From positions 1-28,522 of the forward strand of contig JBCBZJ010000031.1 of NCBI GenBank assembly GCA_039815375.1: a DNA stretch of 28,522 bases, in the 5' to 3' direction. The position numbers were made by a program, and so were the translations under genes. The stretch comes from Verrucomicrobiota bacterium (GTDB lineage Bacteria; Verrucomicrobiota; Verrucomicrobiia; Opitutales; Coraliomargaritaceae). The notes below the pieces were generated by a model that worked only from the letters and a program-made list of their open reading frames with translations, was not told where the DNA came from and made no database searches. This document shows positions 1 to 8,571 of the stretch, one piece after another; the stretch's first letter is position 1; each line of letters opens with the position of its first letter.

Positions 1-1
1 A

Positions 2-1663
2 TTCCATTTCTGGTTGCCGAATGCCATGGCTGGCCCCACGCCGGTAAGCGCCTTTCTTCATTCTGCTACCATGGTTAAGGCAGGGGTCTTTCTGATGGCT
101 CGGCTTAATCCTTCGCTTAGTGGGACCGGACTCTGGGAATACACTCTGGCGGTATCCGGCTGCCTGACCCTTCTGCTTGCGATGTTTCTTGGGCTCTTCC
201 AGAAGGATGTTAAATCCATTCTTGCTTACACGACATTGGGTGTTTTGGGCATTTTAACCATGCTCCTGGGTATCGGCTCCGAGTATGCGATCAAGGCAAT
301 GGTTGTTTTTCTTATTGGGCACGCACTTTACAAGGCAACTCTCTTCATGGTGGTTGGCTCGGTTGACCACGAAACCGGAACGCGTGATGTTACGCTGTTA
401 CGCGGTCTGCGGAAGCTCATGCCGATCACTGCAATTGCAGGCGGACTGGCTGCGCTCTCCATGTCCGGTTTGCCGCCTTTTTTCGGGTTCATTGGCAAGG
501 AGCTTATTTATAAGGCCGGTATTAAGCTGAACGGACTCGAAATTCTTTTCCTCGCTGCCGCACTCGTCGGCAATCTGGCTATGATGGGCCTCGCGCTAAA
601 GGCAGGCATTGGTCCTTTTTTCGGGAAGCCGAATCATGAAGCCTTGCCTAAAAAACCTCACGAAGCCCCCTGGTCGATGTGGATTGGTCCGATTGTTTTG
701 TCCGTATCCGGCCTGATCATCGGGATCATCCCTTTCTGGGTAACCGATTTTATGGTCATTCCCGCGATTGCTGCGATTAAGGGGACCGAAGTGGTTCACC
801 TTGACCTCGCACTCTGGAATTTGGTCAAACCCAACCTGCCTCTCTTGCTCAGTGGGATTACAGTCCTTGGAGGATTCTTTGTTTTCCTTTACCGAGTCCA
901 CTTCTGGGCCCTTTCCGAACGAGTGCTCTCCGGCATCCGTCCTTTCGGTGCGGAAGCCATGTATGAACGTATCTTCAATACCACCATCTGGTTTTCAAAG
1001 GCGCAGACTCGTTGGCTCCAAACCGGTCGCCTGCATGACTATGTCTTCATGATCGTGGTGGTGACGGTCGGTTTCCTGGTATGGGCTATCTCCAACTATG
1101 GCGGATGGTCTTTCTCCGTGGATTGGGCTGAATACGATATTCTCATCGTGGGCTTGGTAGTGATTATGACTATCGCGACGGTTCTCGCTGCAGTGGCAAC
1201 CAGTTACATGACAGTCCTCGTTTCACTCGGCACGGTTGGTTTCGGCATTGCGGTGATCTTCGCTTATTATGGTGCTCCGGACCTTGCCATTACTCAGCTC
1301 CTGGTTGAAGTGCTTACAGTTGTGCTCTTCATGTTTGTTATCCTGAAGCTGCCACCGCTAAAGAATCTTTCGAGTAGGGCGACTCGCATTCGCGACGTCA
1401 TCGTCGCCTCAACTTTCGGCGGCCTGATTACAGTGCTGCTGCTCAAGGCGATCAATATCCAGTTTGATCATGCCATTTCTGAGCGTCTGGCTGAAATGAG
1501 CTATCCGGAAGCAAAAGGTAAAAACGTGGTCAATGTCATTCTTGTAGATTTCCGGGCCTTGGATACTTTCGGTGAGATCGTTGTTGTGGCGACTGCTGCG
1601 CTTGGCATTGCAGCTTTGGTGGCAGCCGGACTCAACAAAGGGAAAGGAGCTGAACCTCGATGA
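2..1663 (+). CDS. mrpA: Na+/H+ antiporter Mrp subunit A (5' end lies outside the window)
   Basis: The frame is open from base 2 (FHFWLPNAMAGPTPVSAFLHSATMVKAG). It carries the NuoL/MrpA motifs AYTT and HALYKA and the MrpA C-terminal motifs APDLAITQLLVE and NVVNVILVDFRALDTFGE. It is followed by mrpB-G with overlapping or adjacent starts and stops. Confidence 0.97.
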   Translation, partial: FHFWLPNAMAGPTPVSAFLHSATMVKAGVFLMARLNPSLSGTGLWEYTLAVSGCLTLLLAMFLGLFQKDVKSILAYTTLGVLGILTMLLGIGSEYAIKAMVVFLIGHALYKATLFMVVGSVDHETGTRDVTLLRGLRKLMPITAIAGGLAALSMSGLPPFFGFIGKELIYKAGIKLNGLEILFLAAALVGNLAMMGLALKAGIGPFFGKPNHEALPKKPHEAPWSMWIGPIVLSVSGLIIGIIPFWVTDFMVIPAIAAIKGTEVVHLDLALWNLVKPNLPLLLSGITVLGGFFVFLYRVHFWALSERVLSGIRPFGAEAMYERIFNTTIWFSKAQTRWLQTGRLHDYVFMIVVVTVGFLVWAISNYGGWSFSVDWAEYDILIVGLVVIMTIATVLAAVATSYMTVLVSLGTVGFGIAVIFAYYGAPDLAITQLLVEVLTVVLFMFVILKLPPLKNLSSRATRIRDVIVASTFGGLITVLLLKAINIQFDHAISERLAEMSYPEAKGKNVVNVILVDFRALDTFGEIVVVATAALGIAALVAAGLNKGKGAEPR

Positions 1664-2103
1664 AGTATTTCATTTTTGCCCAGGCTGCACGGATACTGTT
1701 TCCGACCCTTTTAGTCCTGTCGCTGATTGTACTCTATCGTGGGCATAACCTACCCGGCGGCGGCTTCATTGGTGGACTGATGGCAGCAACGGCTTTCATC
1801 CTTATTGGTATAAGTGACAGCATGGACCAAGCGCAGCGATACCTGCGGACGAACCCGGTCATATTGATGGCATGGGGTCTGGCGGTAGCTTTTATCAGCG
1901 GCATACCAGGTTTATTATCAGGCAGCCCATTCATGACCGGCCAATGGCTGCCCGGCTTCGCGCTGCCGCTTCTTGGCAAGGTTCACCTCGGCACGCCGCT
2001 TGTCTTCGATATTGGCGTCTATATGGTTGTTATAGGCTTCACGCTGCATACGACTTTTAGTCTTGCCCAGCTCAGTCACGTTGAAGAGGAGGAGGACGCT
2101 TAG
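1660..2103 (+). CDS. mrpB: Mrp antiporter subunit B
   Basis: Motifs RGHNLPGGGFIGGL and FDIGVY; ATGA overlap with mrpA. Confidence 0.96.
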   Translation: MKYFIFAQAARILFPTLLVLSLIVLYRGHNLPGGGFIGGLMAATAFILIGISDSMDQAQRYLRTNPVILMAWGLAVAFISGIPGLLSGSPFMTGQWLPGFALPLLGKVHLGTPLVFDIGVYMVVIGFTLHTTFSLAQLSHVEEEEDA

Positions 2104-2105
2104 CT

Positions 2106-2453
2106 GTGGAAGCCTTAATCGCAGTTCTCGTTGGCGTTCTTTTCGCCGCAGGCACCTACAGCCTGATGCGTCGGAGTATCGTGAAACTTGTCATCGGTGT
2201 GATCTTGATTTCTCAGGGAGCCAACTTGCTCGTCTTTACAGCGGGAGGATTGCTTGCAGGCCGACCAGCTTTGGTGCCTGGCGATGGAACAGTGCCACCT
2301 GCACCTTTTGGCGATCCGCTTCCACAAGCCATGGTGCTTACTGCGATTGTCATCGGCTTTGGACTGACTGCTTTTCTTCTCGCACTCGTCGCTCGTGCTC
2401 ATGAAGCCGTCGGTGATGATGATATTAATGCATTTAACAAAACCGACACGTGA
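2106..2453 (+). CDS. mrpC: Mrp antiporter subunit C
   Basis: Motif DPLPQAMVLTAIVIGFG; GTG start preceded by GAGGAGG. Confidence 0.96.
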   Translation: MEALIAVLVGVLFAAGTYSLMRRSIVKLVIGVILISQGANLLVFTAGGLLAGRPALVPGDGTVPPAPFGDPLPQAMVLTAIVIGFGLTAFLLALVARAHEAVGDDDINAFNKTDT

Positions 2454-3964
2454 GCGAGCTCAGCATATTACTACCCATCTTTATTCCATTGGTCGGTGCA
2501 GTGGTTCTGTTGTTGGGGCAACGCTCGCTCGGTGTCCAAAAGCTTGGGGGTGTTCTCTTTTCAGGCCTAACTTTTGCGGCTGCGATCTATCTTTTACTGG
2601 CAGCAGATGCCGCAGGGCACGTTGTTCTGCAGGTTGGTAACTGGAGTGCACCCTTTGGAATCAGTCTGGTTGCCGACCGCTTCAGTGCAGTGATGGTTGC
2701 TGTCTCCTCGTTTATGGGGGCCGCCGTTGCAGTCTACGCACTGAGCGAGATCGATGAGTCACGACTTCGCCGTTTTTTCTTTCCGCTTTATCTCATTCTG
2801 ATGTTTGGTGTGAACGGTGCCTTCCTGACAGGTGACCTCTTCAATCTCTACGTCTGGTTCGAAGTCATGCTGATTGCATCCTTCGTGCTTATGTCAATGG
2901 GTGGCGAACGCGGTGAGCTGGAGGGCGGAATGAAATACGTCTGCCTCAATCTCCTTTCGTCCGTAATGTTCCTTGCGGGGGCCGGTATCATCTATGGCAA
3001 GACGGGAACGCTAAATATGGCCGATATCGCGCAGAACTTGATCCATTCACCGGATGCAAACTGGGTCATTAGCAGCTCAATGCTTCTACTTGTGTCCTTC
3101 GGTCTGAAGGCAGGTATTTTCCCATTTTTCTTTTGGCTGCCCGCTTCGTATCACACACCACCTTCGGCGGTCTCGGCAATTTTCGCCGGGCTTCTGACAA
3201 AGGTCGGGGTCTACGCACTTTTCCGAGCCTATACCCTGATGTTCGTCCCGATTTTTTCCGAGGTGCAGACCATTATCCTTTTCCTTGCCGTGATGACCAT
3301 GATTACCGGGGTCTTTGGTGCTGCCTCTCATTTCGACATGCGGCGTATTCTGTCATTTCATATTGTTAGTCAGATCGGCTACATGGTGTTGGGCCTGGCT
3401 TTCATGACACCGCTTTCTATCGCAGCTGCAATTTTTTATCTGGTTCATCACATTATAGTGAAGACAAACCTCTTTCTCGTCAGTGGAGTAGTGATTCGAC
3501 TCAAAGGTAGTTCTGATCTCGCGAAAGTAGGTGGTCTTGCCAAGTCCGCGCCATGGCTTGCAGCACTTTTCTTTGTTCCGGCCTTCTCACTGGGGGGTAT
3601 TCCGCCACTCTCCGGGTTCTGGGCGAAATTTGCAGTGGTTAAAGCCGGTCTCGAAATTGAAGCGTGGATTTCGGTTACAGCTGCGCTTCTCGTCGGCGTC
3701 TTGACGCTTTATTCGATGACCAAGATCTGGGCTGAGGCTTTTTGGAAGGATCAGCCTGAAGATCATGTGCCTGTTACGACGAAGCATACCGGAGCACTAG
3801 GCTTCATGGTAGGGCCGATTGTAGTCATGGCTGTCGCAACCGTCATCATCGGTCTCTTCGGTGAGCCACTATTCGAATTCTCCGAGCGCGCCGCTGCCCA
3901 ACTGCTCAATCCAGAAGAGTATATTTCTGCCGTTCTCGGCCCTGCAACGGAGGAGCTGCCATGA
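2450..3964 (+). CDS. mrpD: Mrp antiporter subunit D
   Basis: Motifs GDLFNLYVWFEVML, WLPASY, LLTKVG and GIPPLSGFWAK; GTGA overlap with mrpC. Confidence 0.96.
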   Translation: MSELSILLPIFIPLVGAVVLLLGQRSLGVQKLGGVLFSGLTFAAAIYLLLAADAAGHVVLQVGNWSAPFGISLVADRFSAVMVAVSSFMGAAVAVYALSEIDESRLRRFFFPLYLILMFGVNGAFLTGDLFNLYVWFEVMLIASFVLMSMGGERGELEGGMKYVCLNLLSSVMFLAGAGIIYGKTGTLNMADIAQNLIHSPDANWVISSSMLLLVSFGLKAGIFPFFFWLPASYHTPPSAVSAIFAGLLTKVGVYALFRAYTLMFVPIFSEVQTIILFLAVMTMITGVFGAASHFDMRRILSFHIVSQIGYMVLGLAFMTPLSIAAAIFYLVHHIIVKTNLFLVSGVVIRLKGSSDLAKVGGLAKSAPWLAALFFVPAFSLGGIPPLSGFWAKFAVVKAGLEIEAWISVTAALLVGVLTLYSMTKIWAEAFWKDQPEDHVPVTTKHTGALGFMVGPIVVMAVATVIIGLFGEPLFEFSERAAAQLLNPEEYISAVLGPATEELP

Positions 3965-4287
3965 GCCGGGTCTTTGCATCGGTTTCTTTCCTTTTATTCT
4001 ACCTAGCTGAAGTGGTGAAATCCAACTTCCGCGTGGCTCACGATGTTTTAACACCACGCCACCGGATGAAGCCTGGTATCATTTCTGTCGACGTTTCCGG
4101 CATGACCGATCGACAACTTCTTTTTATGGCAAATTTCATCACCATGACGCCTGGCACCCTAGGTCTGACTTTTTCAGACGACCATACAAAGCTCTACATT
4201 CATGCGATGTATATCGACGGCGGCGAGGCCTCCCTAGCGGAAGAACTCAAAAACACCTATGGAAAGCGAGTTTGCCGTGTATTTTGA
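3961..4287 (+). CDS. mrpE: Mrp antiporter subunit E (short form)
   Basis: Motifs ANFITMTPGT and LYIH; operon position. Confidence 0.94.
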   Translation: MSRVFASVSFLLFYLAEVVKSNFRVAHDVLTPRHRMKPGIISVDVSGMTDRQLLFMANFITMTPGTLGLTFSDDHTKLYIHAMYIDGGEASLAEELKNTYGKRVCRVF

Positions 4288-4564
4288 TGAACTCGGCACA
4301 CCGCTGGCAATTGCTACGCTCATCGGATCGCTTTTTTTGCTAGCGGCCTTTGGTCTCGCACTCGTTCGCATCATTAAAGGCCCGACCGCATTTGACCGGA
4401 TCGTGGCACTCGATCTGATCGGAGGTATCTGCCTCTGCGCGATGATTTTCTTCGCCGTCCATTTTGATCAACAGGTTTTGATGGATGCAGCTTTCGCAAT
4501 TGCATTGGTCAGTTTCATCGGAACCGTTGCCTTCGCGCGCTATTTGGGGGGAGGGGAGCAATGA
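4277..4564 (+). CDS. mrpF: Mrp antiporter subunit F
   Basis: Motifs KGPTAFDRIVALD and SFIGTVAFARYL. Start is uncertain: GTG at 4277 chosen, ATG at 4259 also in frame. Confidence 0.93.
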   Translation: MYFDELGTPLAIATLIGSLFLLAAFGLALVRIIKGPTAFDRIVALDLIGGICLCAMIFFAVHFDQQVLMDAAFAIALVSFIGTVAFARYLGGGEQ

Positions 4565-4890
4565 GCTGGATCGTTGGGCTACTCCTCATTACAGGGGCCT
4601 TTTTTGCTTTCGTCGCGGCACTCGGGGTGAATCGCCTGCCGGATTTTTACATGCGTATGCACGCAGCGACCAAAGCAGGCGCCTTTGGAGCCAGCTTGCT
4701 CCTTGTCGCATCTGCAATTCATTTCGGTAGCATGCGCGCTGTTATTACTGCGCTCCTCATTATTGGCTTTTTCTACCTGACTACACCGATTGCTGCTCAA
4801 ACCCTTGCCCAGGTGGCCTATCGCAAAAAGGTTCCTCTTTGGGACAAAACCGGACGCGACCAACTGGCCGAGGACGAGAAAGAAGACTAA
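4561..4890 (+). CDS. mrpG: Mrp antiporter subunit G
   Basis: Motifs RLPDFYMRMHAATK and LTTPIAAQ. Confidence 0.95.
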   Translation: MSWIVGLLLITGAFFAFVAALGVNRLPDFYMRMHAATKAGAFGASLLLVASAIHFGSMRAVITALLIIGFFYLTTPIAAQTLAQVAYRKKVPLWDKTGRDQLAEDEKED

Positions 4891-4941
4891 CCAAAGGCAC
4901 TTCAGAAGCGTAAATTTCTTGCTTCCTCTTGAGATGATACC

Positions 4942-6594
4942 ATGCAGGTGTGCATGCTTGCTCACCTGTCGATTTCATTTCGTCATGTTTTTCTTGTGCT
5001 CGGGCTGCTCGCGCTCCCGTTTTTACAACTGTCTGCTGCGGGCGGCGGTGCTTCAAAGTCCGACGGCCACACCTTTCCCTTGCCGGTGGAAACCTACGAA
5101 GAGCTTCAGGCCGAACGTGCTTACGAGCTCGGTATCGAGCCGAATGAGCTCGGTATTATCGAGATTCTCAAAGTCCGTATCGTAGCCGACCCATTCAATT
5201 TGATTGCGACACTGATTTTCTTCGGTGCGGTGGTTCACACTTTCATGGCGGCGAAGTTCAACAAGCTCGCCCACAAGTATGAGCATAAGCATCGCGAGAC
5301 GATGAACACTCACCAGAAATTCTATGTGGAGGGAAAAGAGCCTGTCAGCTTCAAGGCCACATTGTGCCACTTCCTCGGCGAAGTTGAAGCGATCTTTGGC
5401 ATCTGGCTGATTCCGATGCTTATCTGCCTCGTTGTTATGGAGCCGGATGGACTGATTACCGCAGCCCACTATGTTGACTCCCGCAACTACACCGAACCGA
5501 TGTTCGTTGTCATCATAATGGCGATCGCATCCAGCCGCCCGGTCATCCAGTTTGCCGAGACCTGTATGAAGGCGGTTGCTTCGCTCGGGAAAGAAACTCC
5601 TGCAGCCTGGTGGCTTTCCATCCTCGTGATCGCTCCGCTTCTTGGCTCCTTCATTACTGAGCCCGCAGCCATGACCATTGCTGCGCTCCTCCTCGGCCAG
5701 CAGTTCTATCTGCTTGATCCATCGCCAACCTTCAAATACGCCACACTTGGTTTGCTTTTCGTCAATATTTCGGTTGGCGGCACCCTCACGCACTTCGCTG
5801 CACCGCCCGTGCTCATGGTCGCCAGCACTTGGCACTGGAACCTGCCCTATATGTTTACACACTTCGGCTGGCGAGCCGTCATCGGCATCATTATTGCCAC
5901 AGCCGTCTATTTTCTCATTTTTAAGAAGGAGTTCTCTGAGCTCAATGATAAGGCCAAGCAGCTTCAGAATGAGGTTAAGGCTGAGCAAGAACCAGAGCCC
6001 GCACCACTTTGGGTGATCCTTGTGCATCTAGCCTTCGTTGCCTGGACTGTCATCACGCTGCACCATCCTCCTTTCTTTATCGGCGGCTTCCTTTTCTTTA
6101 TCGCCTTCACGATGGCGACACACCACCACCAATATGACATCCAGCTCAAGTCGCCGCTTCTTGTCGGCTTCTTTCTTGCGGGACTTGTCACCCACGGTGG
6201 TCTCCAGGGTTGGTGGATCTCTCCCGTGCTCAGTATGCTCGCCGAGGTTCCCCTCTTCATTGGCGCGACTGTCCTGACCGCCTTCAACGACAATGCAGCT
6301 ATCACCTTCCTTGCCGCACAAGTCCCGGCCTTTAGCCCGGATGAATTCATCGGTGGCCACTGGGTATCTAAGACGGGTAAGGCTCTAGCTACTGCACAAG
6401 GCCTCGAATACGCTGTTGTTGCCGGTGCGGTTACCGGCGGTGGTCTCACCGTCATCGCAAATGCGCCGAATCCAGCCGGGCAGAGCATCCTCAGCAAATA
6501 TTTCAAGGGTGGGGTTTCACCTCTGCATCTCGTGCTTGGTGCTTTGTTTCCAACAGTCGTGATGGCAGCTTGCTTCATGATCCTGCCCCACTAG
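4942..6594 (+). CDS. Putative Na+/H+ antiporter (DUF1504 / ion-transporter superfamily)
   Basis: Multi-TM protein with HFLGEVEAIFG, GSFITEPAAMT, VNISVGGTLTHFAAPPVLMVA, TAFNDNAAIT and GGGLTVIANAPNPAG. It starts 51 nt after mrpG; exact start uncertain. Confidence 0.88.
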   Translation: MQVCMLAHLSISFRHVFLVLGLLALPFLQLSAAGGGASKSDGHTFPLPVETYEELQAERAYELGIEPNELGIIEILKVRIVADPFNLIATLIFFGAVVHTFMAAKFNKLAHKYEHKHRETMNTHQKFYVEGKEPVSFKATLCHFLGEVEAIFGIWLIPMLICLVVMEPDGLITAAHYVDSRNYTEPMFVVIIMAIASSRPVIQFAETCMKAVASLGKETPAAWWLSILVIAPLLGSFITEPAAMTIAALLLGQQFYLLDPSPTFKYATLGLLFVNISVGGTLTHFAAPPVLMVASTWHWNLPYMFTHFGWRAVIGIIIATAVYFLIFKKEFSELNDKAKQLQNEVKAEQEPEPAPLWVILVHLAFVAWTVITLHHPPFFIGGFLFFIAFTMATHHHQYDIQLKSPLLVGFFLAGLVTHGGLQGWWISPVLSMLAEVPLFIGATVLTAFNDNAAITFLAAQVPAFSPDEFIGGHWVSKTGKALATAQGLEYAVVAGAVTGGGLTVIANAPNPAGQSILSKYFKGGVSPLHLVLGALFPTVVMAACFMILPH

Positions 6595-6848
6595 CAAGAA
6601 GGACTTTAGGTGGCGAATCCAGCTCGCTGCTGATATCAGCTCTTAGAAGCAACTTCTCGAGTGGCATCGCCGGAGCAAGATGCCCAGCCTATCAGCCAAT
6701 TTAGTGGTGATTGTGTCTTGTGGACTATTTCTGTTTCATTTAAATTCTGGTAAAATATTCGATGATATATTTTCATTCTTTACCTTTGGTTGACGTAGAA
6801 AAAGATTGAATTAGCACCTACGTCACTTCTCCCTGCTAACCCCTTACT

Positions 6849-8105
6849 ATGGCAGAAAAAAACACTTTAATTCAATCGATACCTCCGATTCGAACAGAAG
6901 CAGCGTCCACTTCTTCGTCGGACAAGAAGAGTTCAAAAAAGTCTTCACAAAAGCTAGACAGCAGTGAAGCTCCTTCGACTCAGACGAAAATCGGAACTTC
7001 AGAGGTGTATGCTTCTGAACAAGTCGCTTCAAGTGATGCTCCGGTTTCAATCTCACTCTTTCAGGGTATTGTTTACGGCTCCTTTGTGGTGAACCTCGTC
7101 TTCGCTGGCCTTATTGGCGTTTTTCTGATGCGAAGGGTTCGAGATATAGTCACACCACGTTACGCGAAAGCTTGCCGCATTTTTGGTGGAATTTGCCTGG
7201 GAATCAGTCTGCACGGTGTTTTAGCTGCTTTCCTTTATAGCAATTTTTTGTGGGGTTCAGGAAGTGTCCCAATCTTCTTTATGAATGTGCTTTGGATCTT
7301 TGCAGGTCCGGCATTGGCTTTCGTTTTGAGTCATCTGCTGACTCGCTTCGAAACTCCGGTCAAAAATAAGATGTTTATTAATGCGGCCTTCTATGGAGGC
7401 GCGTATTTGTTGTCTGCGATTGCGGTTTCTGCAGTTATCACGGTCAATGCAGGACTGGTTTTTAGTTTGATTTCAATCGGTCTCTTTTTAGTTCCGATAC
7501 TCAGCTATTTTCAGCACCTAAAGCTCGCTTATTCGCGCCATGCCGAGTTAAGAGAGCCTTATGCGAGATTTCTTACTTATACGCTACTCTACGGTCCTTG
7601 GCTCATTCCGGTGTTGGCGCTCGCGAAGTCAGCGGGATTATCGGCAGAAGTTGTTCAACTACTATTGAATCTGATCAGTATCGATCTGGTTGTCTTCGGT
7701 GGACTTGGCCTTGCGCTCTTTGTCAAAAATGAGGAACCAGTAGAGGAGTCGCCTGAATCGGAAGCTGCTAAACCAGTCGTAAAACCAAATTCAAAATCGA
7801 GTAAAAAGCAATCAGTTGATCCTGCCGTCAAAGCAGCTCCCAAGAAACCAAACAAAAACGAATTGGAGGATCCAATTATCCAATTCTTGAACGATAACCC
7901 TGAGGTTGCCCCAGAAAATACAGCTGATTCTTCAGCTCCTACTGAAGCAGCGAAAGGAACGAGACTGCCCAATAAATCTGATACTGCTGCTGGCTTTAAA
8001 ATCCCTTCCCCGGATGGCGCTTTAGGAGCATCGGACGCTTCGGTTGATGCAAAGAATGCTCCAGAAGGTATCCGACCGCCCCGCAAGCCTAAGAAACGCT
8101 TCTAG
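6849..8105 (+). CDS. 7-TM microbial-rhodopsin-like protein lacking the Schiff-base lysine, with low-complexity N- and C-terminal tails
   Basis: Seven hydrophobic segments at residues ~70-292 align by eye with proteorhodopsin helices A-G. Examples: RDIVTPRY ~ RDRVSAKW; PIFFMNVLWIFAGP ~ PTVFRYIDWLLTVP; YTLLYGPWLIPV ~ YIIIFGWAIYPV. The CDS itself is confident; the fold call is an inference. Confidence 0.65.
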   Translation: MAEKNTLIQSIPPIRTEAASTSSSDKKSSKKSSQKLDSSEAPSTQTKIGTSEVYASEQVASSDAPVSISLFQGIVYGSFVVNLVFAGLIGVFLMRRVRDIVTPRYAKACRIFGGICLGISLHGVLAAFLYSNFLWGSGSVPIFFMNVLWIFAGPALAFVLSHLLTRFETPVKNKMFINAAFYGGAYLLSAIAVSAVITVNAGLVFSLISIGLFLVPILSYFQHLKLAYSRHAELREPYARFLTYTLLYGPWLIPVLALAKSAGLSAEVVQLLLNLISIDLVVFGGLGLALFVKNEEPVEESPESEAAKPVVKPNSKSSKKQSVDPAVKAAPKKPNKNELEDPIIQFLNDNPEVAPENTADSSAPTEAAKGTRLPNKSDTAAGFKIPSPDGALGASDASVDAKNAPEGIRPPRKPKKRF

Positions 8106-8207
8106 TTGATTCGGATTTCGTGGTGGCGTATGGGCAAGACGGCCCCACGGTCTGGTTGAACCCGGGTTATGCGAAAGGACGGCGCAACGTGCCTGAAAAC
8201 TGAAGGC

Positions 8208-8489
8208 TTAGGGAGTCTTAAGACCGAGTTTGTTGTAACTTTCCGAATTCAAGTCGATGTACTCGATCAAGGCATTCATTAGCGGGTAGAAGTTATTCTG
8301 GTCGTTCACTCCGGCCCAGATATAATCTATGTAGGTCTCAGCTACAAAAATATCTTCAAGCGTGAGCGGGTCCGTGATGATCAGCTGCATATACTCATTC
8401 GCACCTTCACTGCGCCCACCCCAGCGAATCCATAGTGGCCATCGCGATTTGAAAAGAAGTGCTCGCAGGAATAGTTCCGGATATTTCAT
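8208..8489 (-). CDS. Small hypothetical protein (93 aa)
   Basis: ATG preceded by AGAGGA; protein-like composition; co-oriented downstream of the TIGR01777 gene. No family recognised, and it may be a fragment. Confidence 0.5.
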   Translation of the reverse strand: MKYPELFLRALLFKSRWPLWIRWGGRSEGANEYMQLIITDPLTLEDIFVAETYIDYIWAGVNDQNNFYPLMNALIEYIDLNSESYNKLGLKTP

Positions 8490-8571
8490 TCCTCTGCATG
8501 GCTCCGAATGGCTTCTAGCTCAACCTGTTGAGTATTGAGCTGCACAATATCTTACAATGATTGGATTTATT

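Noticed and set aside
5053..6578. Long antisense ORFs (324 and 204 aa) opposite the DUF1504 gene
   Set aside because: Shadow frames of a well-supported, codon-biased gene, with no motifs of their own.
6600..6700. REP-like fragments (GCAAGATGCCC at about 6675; similar GC-rich bits at 8120-8150 and 18990-19095)
   Set aside because: Arms are too degenerate to pair convincingly, and the copies are not clearly homologous.
7053..7727. Calling the 7-TM protein a functional light-driven pump (PR or Na+-pumping NDQ type) because of the adjacent Na+ antiporters
   Set aside because: It has no helix-G lysine and no DTE/NDQ motif residues, so Schiff-base photochemistry is not supported.
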